From positions 1 to 54,968 of IMG/VR virus record IMGVR_UViG_3300013005_000003: a DNA stretch of 54,968 nt; one strand, given 5' to 3'. The stretch's first letter is position 1; each line of letters opens with the position of its first letter. Shown here one piece after another: positions 41,878-50,231 of this stretch. This stretch comes from a virus (lineage: Duplodnaviria; Caudoviricetes). The notes beneath the pieces are model-generated. The model was not told the origin of the DNA. It saw nothing but the letters and a program-made list of their open reading frames with translations, and did not search any database. The position numbers were made by a program, and so were the translations under genes.

Positions 41878-44750
41878 TACACTGCACCTCCGACAGCCTT
41901 CAGCATATCTTCAATTCCACGCTGCGGCTTCGCAATCTTTTTCACGTCTTTACGTCCCGCCTGCTGACGCACCATCTTCCGCATACGGTCAAGGCGGCGG
42001 ACGCCTTCAGCGTTCGAACCATCGCCAAGATCGGAGACATCCTGCGCACTCCAGACATACTCGCCGTCCGAAAGCCAAGCGGGGATCTTGTCCTCCTGAC
42101 CGCTGCCGATGCCCTTAACCTCTCCCGGGCCTATGTGACCGCCACCCTTACGATACTCAATAAGGTGCCTTACCATATCGTCGTCGACTTCACCACCTTC
42201 GGCCATCGCCGGGCCGTCGGTTATAGTGCGGGTTCCGAAGAACTGACCTTGATCGTTAATGCCGTAGTTCTCATACCCCGGATTCGCCGCGCGAACCTGA
42301 TCGAGCGTCACCGGAGCACCCGCCGTGGTCGTGGTTACGTTGCGGTAACCGTAGAACCTACCGTCGGGACCCTGCTCGATACGAGTAAAGCCCGGATTGG
42401 CAGCCTGATAATCAGCAAGCGTAGGCGCGCGCGTCGATGCCGGCGTTGTACGCGTGCCAACATACTGCCCAGCCGCGTTCTGCGTAATATTCTGATAGGT
42501 GGGATTCGCCGCGCGGATCTGTTCAAGCGTCATGCCCGGCGCCCCGGGAACGTCAACTGTCCGCGACCCGACGTATTGCCCAGCCGCGTTCCGCTCAATG
42601 CTCTCAAAGCCCGGGTTGAAAAGCCCGTAGTCTTCAACCGTCGGGTTAAAGGTGCCTCCAGCAGTTACACGCAAACCAGTCGGAGCCGGTCCGCTCGCCG
42701 TGTAACCGGGAATAGGTTCGCCAAACCACCGTCCATCAGCGGCCTGACGAATATTGGTATACCCCGGGAAGGCCGCGCTAACTTCAGCGGCGGTCGCGGC
42801 GGGGCCCGGTGTACCAGCCGTCGTCCTGCCAGTCGTTGTAGTGCCGGTTGTTCCCGTCGTTGTGGTGCCGGTTGTTCCCGTCGTTGTGGTGCCGGTTGTT
42901 CCCGTCCCGCCAATGCCGGTCACGGTGCCAGTCGTAGCGGGCGCGTTGCGGAAGAAATCAAACTCGCCTTCGCGCTGACCATAGGTGAACGGATCAAAGG
43001 TTGCAGGATTCCGAATCCGACCACCGCCGATTCCTCCCACGGGAAGACCGGGGCCGGCATCAATAGTACCGCCACCGCCACCGCCGCCACCAACAGCCTC
43101 AGCGAGCAAACCAATCAGCGGCGTGAGGCCACCAATAGTTTTTAGCGCGGACAGGACTTTCTGCTTCGTAGTCGGGCCCGCTTGGCTGTCGCCCAAGATT
43201 TGCTGAACAGTTATGGCTGAGAGCACTTCAGGGGGCAGCAATTCGAACGGCATGCGCTGCTCATTGGTGCTCGTATTCGAGGGCGTTTGAACCGGCAGAA
43301 CAACGGTTTCGGTGCGGCTTGTAGGAGTATTCGTGCTTGGAGTCTGTATCGGCACCACAGGCGTCGTCGTGTCGCCGCCACCGGTATCCGTGTTTGAACC
43401 CACAGGCGGCACAGGCGGTGTTGTCGTGTCGCCACCCTGCTGAGCGGCAGTGTTTGAACCCACAGGCGGCACAGGCGGTGTTGTCGTGTCGCCACCCTGC
43501 TGAGCGGCAGTGTTTGAACCCACAGGCGGCACAGGCGGTGTTGTCGTGTCACCACCACCGGTATCAGTGTTTACAGTAGACCCAGCGAGCGCTCCCCCAA
43601 TGCCGGCGATAGTACTGGCGCCCGCTCCCGCACCTGCGTTCGCCAAGGTTGAGGCTGCGCTACCCGCAACGTTACCTGCGGCGCCAGCTTTCAAAGACAC
43701 TGCAAAGTCTAAGGCCGCCTGACTTCCGGGGATTAGCCCGGTTTCGATGATGTTCCCGGCGGCGTCGCTAAGCTGCCCAGCATTTGTAAGCAAATACCCC
43801 TCAGGGTATCCGTTCATAAATGCGTTATACGCAGCGCGACCGCCAAAGTCTTCGGGCTTCAGGCTGTTAATATAATCTACAGATCTCTGATTTGCATTGG
43901 CCTGATTAACAACATCCCGACCAATATCGCCTACGCCCGCGGACGCGAGGTTTCCAACAATGCTACCAAGAGTTGTATTCAAGCCGGCGCCCGCTATCCG
44001 GGGACCAAGCACCGTTATAAGAGCATCATCAAGGGCGCTAGAAGCAACGTTGCTACCAATACCGGCGCCAACGTTGGCAGCACCCGGTGCGATATTAGAC
44101 GCGGTCGCTCCGAGCTTCTGACCTAAGACATCGGTGGAAGCGCCTACATCCGGCATGATACCCTTGAACGCGCCGGCAGTCAGACCCGATATGCCCGCAT
44201 TGATCAAAGATTGTTCGAGATTTCTGCCAACCGCTAAGTTGCCAGCAAGCGAGCCAGCCGCAGTGCCCAGACCGGCACCAAGGGCGGAGGCGCTGCCCGC
44301 AATCTGCCCGGCCTGAATTAACGGGCCCAACGTGCCGGCGCTTATGACGGAAAGCGCAAGCGGTATGAGGGTCTCAAGGGCCCCCATGTTGTTTTCTTTG
44401 TTGGCGTAAATGTCGTTAAACGCCGTGATCGCCTCACCTGATCGCGTCGCGGCTTGCACTTCCTGCTGCAGACGCACGTCAACCGCGGCACCGCCCTGAG
44501 CGGAAATCTTATTCGCGGCATCTACTAGCGCGGCAACCTCTGCCGGCGAAGACGCCGTTCCAATTACATTGCCGCCAACCACAAGCCTGTAGTTCGTTCC
44601 CGGCAGCGGCTGAAAATCAAGATTTTCGTATTCCGTGTTGCCCTTCAGGGACAGGATTGGCGCGGTCTTCGCATAGTTATACAGCGGATCAAACTCGCTG
44701 AGCGTGCCAGCCTGAAGCGAGCCAAGTCCTCCTGCACCTGCAATCGCCAT
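41877..44750 (-). CDS. putative ejection protein with repeats and C-terminal GSGQEDKIPAWLSDGEYV module
   Basis: 957 aa; glycine zippers, Thr/Pro tandem repeats, MAEGGEV. Confidence 0.65.
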   Translation of the reverse strand: MAIAGAGGLGSLQAGTLSEFDPLYNYAKTAPILSLKGNTEYENLDFQPLPGTNYRLVVGGNVIGTASSPAEVAALVDAANKISAQGGAAVDVRLQQEVQAATRSGEAITAFNDIYANKENNMGALETLIPLALSVISAGTLGPLIQAGQIAGSASALGAGLGTAAGSLAGNLAVGRNLEQSLINAGISGLTAGAFKGIMPDVGASTDVLGQKLGATASNIAPGAANVGAGIGSNVASSALDDALITVLGPRIAGAGLNTTLGSIVGNLASAGVGDIGRDVVNQANANQRSVDYINSLKPEDFGGRAAYNAFMNGYPEGYLLTNAGQLSDAAGNIIETGLIPGSQAALDFAVSLKAGAAGNVAGSAASTLANAGAGAGASTIAGIGGALAGSTVNTDTGGGDTTTPPVPPVGSNTAAQQGGDTTTPPVPPVGSNTAAQQGGDTTTPPVPPVGSNTDTGGGDTTTPVVPIQTPSTNTPTSRTETVVLPVQTPSNTSTNEQRMPFELLPPEVLSAITVQQILGDSQAGPTTKQKVLSALKTIGGLTPLIGLLAEAVGGGGGGGGTIDAGPGLPVGGIGGGRIRNPATFDPFTYGQREGEFDFFRNAPATTGTVTGIGGTGTTGTTTTGTTGTTTTGTTGTTTTGRTTAGTPGPAATAAEVSAAFPGYTNIRQAADGRWFGEPIPGYTASGPAPTGLRVTAGGTFNPTVEDYGLFNPGFESIERNAAGQYVGSRTVDVPGAPGMTLEQIRAANPTYQNITQNAAGQYVGTRTTPASTRAPTLADYQAANPGFTRIEQGPDGRFYGYRNVTTTTAGAPVTLDQVRAANPGYENYGINDQGQFFGTRTITDGPAMAEGGEVDDDMVRHLIEYRKGGGHIGPGEVKGIGSGQEDKIPAWLSDGEYVWSAQDVSDLGDGSNAEGVRRLDRMRKMVRQQAGRKDVKKIAKPQRGIEDMLKAVGGAV
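42832..42907. repeat. 24-bp tandem repeat (about 3 copies, encodes GTTGTTTT)
   Basis: GTCGTTGTGGTGCCGGTTGTTCCC units. Confidence 0.85.
43390..43550. repeat. 60-bp tandem repeat (nearly 3 copies, encodes GGDTTTPPVPPVGSNTAAQQ)
   Basis: identical 60-nt period visible in consecutive sequence lines. Confidence 0.95.
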
Positions 44751-44751
44751 C

Positions 44752-45009
44752 CTACGATCCCTGACTAATCACGTCGTTAAAACGCATCGCCCATTCGCGC
44801 CAATCGTCAAACTGATACGCATTGGGAACTCCAAGCTCGGCGAGGGACGCGATACTTGATAACCCAGAGGCCCAGTTTTTCCAATCTCTTTCGTCCATGA
44901 GGCGGACCGCCACGCCGAAGTCCTCGATGGAGGGGAACATGAAGTCCGCCCAGTCCACCACGTTGTCGACGATACGCGGATCGATGGTCGTCGTGACGCG
45001 CTTCAACAT
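44752..45009 (-). CDS. hypothetical tail-module protein
   Basis: Trp-rich; PNAYQFDDWREWA; TAATG coupling. Confidence 0.7.
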   Translation of the reverse strand: MLKRVTTTIDPRIVDNVVDWADFMFPSIEDFGVAVRLMDERDWKNWASGLSSIASLAELGVPNAYQFDDWREWAMRFNDVISQGS

Positions 45010-46613
45010 TAGCTCTGATACCTGCCGTCAGCCGGTTCAATGTGAACGATAACTTGCCCCATCTGGTAGTTGCCGCCCACCGTGTTCGACGCAAAGCGGA
45101 AACGAAGCTCGCGGCGCTGTTCCTTGAAAAACACCTGCTGCTCATACTTCTCAGCTGGCACTGCCGGGAACGTCCGCAGCGGACCATAAACCTCAGGCGC
45201 CCGCGCGTTGATGCGGCCCGTAATCTGCACGGTCATGTCGCCGGCCTGCACGAAGTCAGGCTCCATCATCTCGACGTGGATCGCCCGGTTCTTCGGCGGA
45301 TCCGAGACGATAAGCGCGATGTCGCCAGTCTCGAAAAAGCTCTCGACCGCATTGATCTGAGCGCCATCAATCTCGTCGACGCCGAACTCGTGCTGCCAGA
45401 TTTTATAGCGCGTCGGCCCATTGCTCACGACGCGGATCTGATTGTCCTCCGTGATGCGGGTGTCGTCGTTCTGCGCGATACGGATGTCAGGCACGCCCGG
45501 GCTGATCGGGTCGATGCCCGCGAGGATCGGTTCGTTCAGGGAGCCTGAGTAGATACCCGCAGAGCGCCCGGCGTTGGGCAGCTGCGTGTCGTACCACGTA
45601 TTCTCGCGGAAGTTATAGATCACCGCATGGGTGCATTCCGTCGCCTCGCCGCGCGGGTAGCACCACCAGATCTCCCCGAAGCGCGGAACCTTGTAGGCGA
45701 AAATCTTGTTCGCGAACGGCAGGTTCAGCCCGTCGAAGAAATAGTTGATATTCATGTTGTTAGGCACTTCGCGAACGACGCCGTTGTACATCATGAAGCG
45801 GCCATCACCGACCCAGAAGTAGATACCGTCATACTCGATCACGCTGTTGGCCGCGATGATCGACGACGACGAGCTAATCGTGTCGAACGCGAACACCTCC
45901 GGGCCACCCGTGTAATACGTGCGGATCAGGCTATCGAGCGTCCAGAAGAGGCCCGCCGGGTTCTGACCACCGCCACGCAGCGGCAGGCCCTTGACGATCT
46001 TCGAGGATGAAATGAACGCGTCGCCCGCGTCCCCTGTCACGAAGTTCGTCGGGTCGTTCGCGTCAGACCACTTCACGAATCCGTTCGAGGAAAACATAAA
46101 CAGATACGGGTGCAGCACCACAACGCCGCCCGAGACGCCGGATGTCGGGATTGGCGTCAGGGGCGCCGTGCCAATGACGTCGCCGATGTAGGCCGAGTAG
46201 ATCCCGTCAGTGGAAATGTCGTTCGCCGAATTGACCGCATGGGCGATCAGCGCCGTCGCGCTCCCAGCACCGTCATAGAGAGCATCGAACTGCCACATGA
46301 ACTCAGGGCCACCCACGTAGGTCGTAGGCGTCCGGTCCGTGACGGAGCTCGTGTTGCCGAGATTGTCGATGGTCATGCGCTGCAGCCCGGTGCCGTAGCC
46401 CATGTGCGTGTAGGTGAAATTGTTCTGCGCCTGCAGGTGAAACTGGCGCACGACCCCCTCAGCGAAATTGCTGATCTGCCGATAGCCGCCGATCTTACGC
46501 GGCAGCCCGCGCTGAAACCGGCACCACTGCCCGTCGACGTAGAAGTTCCCCTCGAACTTCGTGCCGTCGCGCTTGATGCCGGCCTCTGATCTGACGTTTA
46601 CGGGTACGAGCAT
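45009..46613 (-). CDS. tail nozzle/stabilisation protein (P22 gp10-like position)
   Basis: 534 aa, beta-rich; RFQRGLPRKIGG, VKWSD, FGEIWWCYP and VIYNFRENTWY. Confidence 0.75.
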   Translation of the reverse strand: MLVPVNVRSEAGIKRDGTKFEGNFYVDGQWCRFQRGLPRKIGGYRQISNFAEGVVRQFHLQAQNNFTYTHMGYGTGLQRMTIDNLGNTSSVTDRTPTTYVGGPEFMWQFDALYDGAGSATALIAHAVNSANDISTDGIYSAYIGDVIGTAPLTPIPTSGVSGGVVVLHPYLFMFSSNGFVKWSDANDPTNFVTGDAGDAFISSSKIVKGLPLRGGGQNPAGLFWTLDSLIRTYYTGGPEVFAFDTISSSSSIIAANSVIEYDGIYFWVGDGRFMMYNGVVREVPNNMNINYFFDGLNLPFANKIFAYKVPRFGEIWWCYPRGEATECTHAVIYNFRENTWYDTQLPNAGRSAGIYSGSLNEPILAGIDPISPGVPDIRIAQNDDTRITEDNQIRVVSNGPTRYKIWQHEFGVDEIDGAQINAVESFFETGDIALIVSDPPKNRAIHVEMMEPDFVQAGDMTVQITGRINARAPEVYGPLRTFPAVPAEKYEQQVFFKEQRRELRFRFASNTVGGNYQMGQVIVHIEPADGRYQS

Positions 46614-46634
46614 GTCGTGATTATCCTAGACAGA

Positions 46635-46904
46635 TCACGCGGGGGTGGGCGGCCAGACGATATCGTCGGGAAACCCTTCTTGTGCTGGTACGTCGCGCAG
46701 AGCTTGGCGGTACGCCGTATAGGCGTTTCGGGTCGCTTCAGGAACATCAGGAAGCTGGGTCCAGTCAGTAGCCGCAAGAAGGGCATCCCGGCGACAGCGT
46801 TCAGCAGCGGGGCGCTGAGCCTCGACTTCAGCCTGTGTGGCTTCGTACTGAGCGATATCCTCATCGGTCATGTCCATCAGGACACCATCAAGCATCTTTT
46901 TCAT
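46635..46904 (-). CDS. tail fibre assembly chaperone
   Basis: RDALLAATDWTQLPD..YRQALRDVP..WP. Confidence 0.85.
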   Translation of the reverse strand: MKKMLDGVLMDMTDEDIAQYEATQAEVEAQRPAAERCRRDALLAATDWTQLPDVPEATRNAYTAYRQALRDVPAQEGFPDDIVWPPTPA

Positions 46905-46905
46905 A

Positions 46906-49431
46906 TCAGCCAATCCCGTAGAGAGTGACGACACCGCCGTTAGTAAGCGTACCAATGTTGGAAAGTATTGCGGTTACAGGTAAACCGCTAAAGTAACCGG
47001 TGCTGCTAAAGTACGCATCTCCGCCAATATAAAAGCTCGTCATTAAAGTATACGACCATATGTTACTGGCAGTAGCAGTAGATTGGAGCAGCAGGCTACC
47101 ACCAAATATTTGATTGGCACTATGATTTTGTCCGCCGGTCAAAGCAAGTAAGTTAGCGCTTTGTGTGTAGGAACTAACAGAACTAGAAGGTAAGAAAGCT
47201 TGCCCGCGCCCAAGGACACTAACGGCGGAACTACTTGAGTTAAACCCGGTTAGTACAGGGGGCGATGCAGTATCCCCTCTTACGTTTTGGAACGTAATCT
47301 CAAACTGGGTGTACCCAGAGGGGAGGGTAAGAGCCACGTTACTCGGGCTACCCGAGATAACCGTTTGTGAAATAAGTTTCTTAAAGGCACCGCCGGTAGT
47401 AACCTGCACGGAGGTTGCGCTTAGCGCGCGGGCAACGATGCCATACGCAGACGGTGTTGTGGACAACGCCCCAGTAACCTGAAGGTAATACGCCAAGCCG
47501 GTTGTGAGCGCGCTCTGGTTAGTGTTTACCCCGCCAAGAGTTGTAACCGTGACCGCCGCACCTGTGGACACAGACTGCGTCGAGAACCCGATAAACTTAT
47601 CGGCAGTTGTTGAGAATGCGGCGGGCAAAACACCAATTGTAAGTGGTATCGTAGTAGTACTATTACGCGTTGTAATGCCACCACGTGCAAGTGTGGAGTC
47701 GTAAACGTAGGAAGTCCCTCTTGAGTAACCTGAACCCGAAAGGTTGGCTCCGTTCGTATATGCGATACTGGACGCAGTAAGCGTATAGGTCCACGTGTAC
47801 AGCCCGGTACCACCACCGGAGTCTGTACCGGCACAATACGCCACATTATTGACTGTGTCGTACGAATTAGCAAAACCATAATTTTCCCAAGCATAATATA
47901 TATTACTGCTTGGTACTGTAGTCGTATTTGTTACTTGGTAACCCGTATTTGGGTCAATTAACCGACTAACCGCAGAGCTTTGCATCGAGCTTTGCAAAAG
48001 AAAACGATTAATACTTGGGAAATATGCCGCACGAGCGAAGCCGCCAAACGTTTCACCAACAATAGTTCCTGCGTCAACAATCGTAATTGTATTACCGGCG
48101 GCATTAATTGAAACGGTAAGGGTCGCTAGACCACCAGCACCGGCTCGATAAAAAACTCTACCTGTGTTTGTGTTTGTATTGAACGCGGCAGCCATGGCAT
48201 TAGTGCTGCCGCCAGCCGTACTAAAGCTGCCGGTAGCTGTTTGACTAAACCCTACTCCGATAGTGTAGCTAAAAGCCCGAACACTCCCGCCACCGCTGTC
48301 GTTAGTTGTAACTAGAACAGTGCGATTGGAGAAGGTGTCAAAATATCCATCAAGCGCGGCTTTAGCCGAGCCCGGAACGCCGGCGAAAGCAGTCCCAGCA
48401 GTTGTCATAGCTCCAGTTGAGGTATTAAATGTAACGGCAGTCAAGAGATTCGATCCATACGCGCCATTGCAAAGTGCAATCATTATTGCACCAGAAGTGG
48501 TATCTTTGAACACAGAGCCACGCTGATACAGAAAGCTGCTATTAGTGGCTATAAAAACGATATTTAAGTTTGTAATAGCGCCAGCCGAGCTAACCTTATA
48601 CGACGATAAATAGACAGCTTCGTTACCACTACTACCGAGACCAATACCAGCGAAGTGCCACCCGGTGGACGAGTCGTAAAATGATCCAAAGCTGTAGTCA
48701 GCATAGCCATTGGTTGCACTAAAAGTAGTATCTGGAACAAACGTAGCGGTCTGACTAACACCAGTCGTCGTAGACACCGTGCCGTTCGAGTTAAGCGAAA
48801 CAGCCTGACCCGCTGTGATTGAGCCAGACGAGGTGAACTGCTGGGTGCCGCTTACAGCAGCCGCGCTCGTCCAAGTCGTCCCATTGCTCGTCAACACATT
48901 CCCTGTCGTCCCCGGAGCAACCGCTGTTACCGCAGACGTGCCGTTACCTATAAGCACAGCGTTAGCCGTCAGCGTCGCCGCACCCGTACCGCCATTGGCG
49001 ACGGGCAGCGTACCAGAGACCTCCGCGGTCAGGCTAACCGCGCCTGCCGTGAGCGCGCTCGTGCCGGTTCCCTTGACGACACCAGTCAGCGTCACCGCGC
49101 CGGTGCCCCCGCTAGCCACCGGCAGCGTGCCAGACACTTCCGTCGTTAGGCTAACCGTACCCGCCGTAAACGCCGATGTGCCGTTCCCCTTCACCACACC
49201 AGTCAGCGTTGGCGCACCCGTGCCGCCGTTGGCAACAGGCAGCGTGCCGGTGACGCCCGTCGTGAGCGGCAGCCCCGTCGCGTTCGCCAGCGTGATCGAA
49301 GGCCCGTTTGACAGCACCACGCTCCCAGCGCCAGTGGACGTCGTGACGCCCGTGCCGCCGTTGCCCACAGGCAAGGTTCCAGTGGCCGAAGCGAGGCTGA
49401 TCGGGGGAAGGATGGATGAGAGTGTCGTCAT
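46906..49431 (-). CDS. tail fibre / receptor-binding protein
   Basis: GTLPVANGGTG shaft repeats, then an AT-richer beta-rich head; followed by a chaperone. Confidence 0.85.
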   Translation of the reverse strand: MTTLSSILPPISLASATGTLPVGNGGTGVTTSTGAGSVVLSNGPSITLANATGLPLTTGVTGTLPVANGGTGAPTLTGVVKGNGTSAFTAGTVSLTTEVSGTLPVASGGTGAVTLTGVVKGTGTSALTAGAVSLTAEVSGTLPVANGGTGAATLTANAVLIGNGTSAVTAVAPGTTGNVLTSNGTTWTSAAAVSGTQQFTSSGSITAGQAVSLNSNGTVSTTTGVSQTATFVPDTTFSATNGYADYSFGSFYDSSTGWHFAGIGLGSSGNEAVYLSSYKVSSAGAITNLNIVFIATNSSFLYQRGSVFKDTTSGAIMIALCNGAYGSNLLTAVTFNTSTGAMTTAGTAFAGVPGSAKAALDGYFDTFSNRTVLVTTNDSGGGSVRAFSYTIGVGFSQTATGSFSTAGGSTNAMAAAFNTNTNTGRVFYRAGAGGLATLTVSINAAGNTITIVDAGTIVGETFGGFARAAYFPSINRFLLQSSMQSSAVSRLIDPNTGYQVTNTTTVPSSNIYYAWENYGFANSYDTVNNVAYCAGTDSGGGTGLYTWTYTLTASSIAYTNGANLSGSGYSRGTSYVYDSTLARGGITTRNSTTTIPLTIGVLPAAFSTTADKFIGFSTQSVSTGAAVTVTTLGGVNTNQSALTTGLAYYLQVTGALSTTPSAYGIVARALSATSVQVTTGGAFKKLISQTVISGSPSNVALTLPSGYTQFEITFQNVRGDTASPPVLTGFNSSSSAVSVLGRGQAFLPSSSVSSYTQSANLLALTGGQNHSANQIFGGSLLLQSTATASNIWSYTLMTSFYIGGDAYFSSTGYFSGLPVTAILSNIGTLTNGGVVTLYGIG

Positions 49432-49443
49432 GCTTCTACCTTA

Positions 49444-49917
49444 TCACACAGCGGGAGGGGCGGGCCAGACGATGTTGAACGGGTCGCTCTGGATAGTTAT
49501 GTCCCTGAGCGCCTGCCGATAGGCATGCTGATTGTCGCTGATAATAGCGCCAGTTTCAGCGGCTTTCGTCACCCACCAGTCGGTGCGGGCCAGCAGTGCG
49601 TTACGCTCAGCGCGGATAACACCCCACTGCTCGCCGACCTTTGCCGCTGATGCGTCTGCGTCAAGGTCCGTTACGATGTAGTTCTGCGTCCACACGCCGT
49701 CGATCAGCAGCGCCGGGCCATGCTCACGGGCTTGCGTCGCAGGATCGAAGTACGGCGGCGTAACCAGCTTAAGCTGATGCACACCGAACTGCACGACCTG
49801 CTCAGGCGTCAGCTTGGCCACGCGGCAGAAGTTATCGTCGTCCCAGCGCGTCGGCTCGACATCGTGGATGTGCCGGATGAACGTGTCGCCTTGGGCTTGG
49901 ACGTAATAGAGGTTCAT
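49444..49917 (-). CDS. tail fibre assembly chaperone
   Basis: RAERNALLARTDW..YRQALRDIT..WP. Confidence 0.85.
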   Translation of the reverse strand: MNLYYVQAQGDTFIRHIHDVEPTRWDDDNFCRVAKLTPEQVVQFGVHQLKLVTPPYFDPATQAREHGPALLIDGVWTQNYIVTDLDADASAAKVGEQWGVIRAERNALLARTDWWVTKAAETGAIISDNQHAYRQALRDITIQSDPFNIVWPAPPAV

Positions 49918-50219
49918 CCCTCGGCTTCCTTTGCCTTGCGCTTGGCAGTCACGCGAACCACCGCCGCTTCGTATTCCGCTTGATCGTCGATCTGGGCGTG
50001 CAGCGCGGCCATGACGGCCTCGACGTTGGCCATCTGCTTGCGAGTGGCATCGAGACGCTCTGCGACGTTAGCCGCAAATTCGTTGTCAGTGGCGTTGACC
50101 AGCAGATGCTCAAAATTGATGCGGTCGAAATCATAGTGAAAATACTCCACCTCGCGTGCGTACACGGCATCCGCGAGCGTGTCGTATTTGTAGGTTGTGG
50201 GGATTTGTGTGTATTGCAT
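49914..50219 (-). CDS. hypothetical helical protein (possible fibre chaperone)
   Basis: lies between a fibre gene and a chaperone gene. Confidence 0.6.
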   Translation of the reverse strand: MQYTQIPTTYKYDTLADAVYAREVEYFHYDFDRINFEHLLVNATDNEFAANVAERLDATRKQMANVEAVMAALHAQIDDQAEYEAAVVRVTAKRKAKEAEG

Positions 50220-50231
50220 GTGGTGTCCTAT

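Noticed and set aside
43390-43550. 60-bp periodic repeat as a CRISPR array
   Set aside because: No unique spacers, in-frame coding repeat, and no cas genes.
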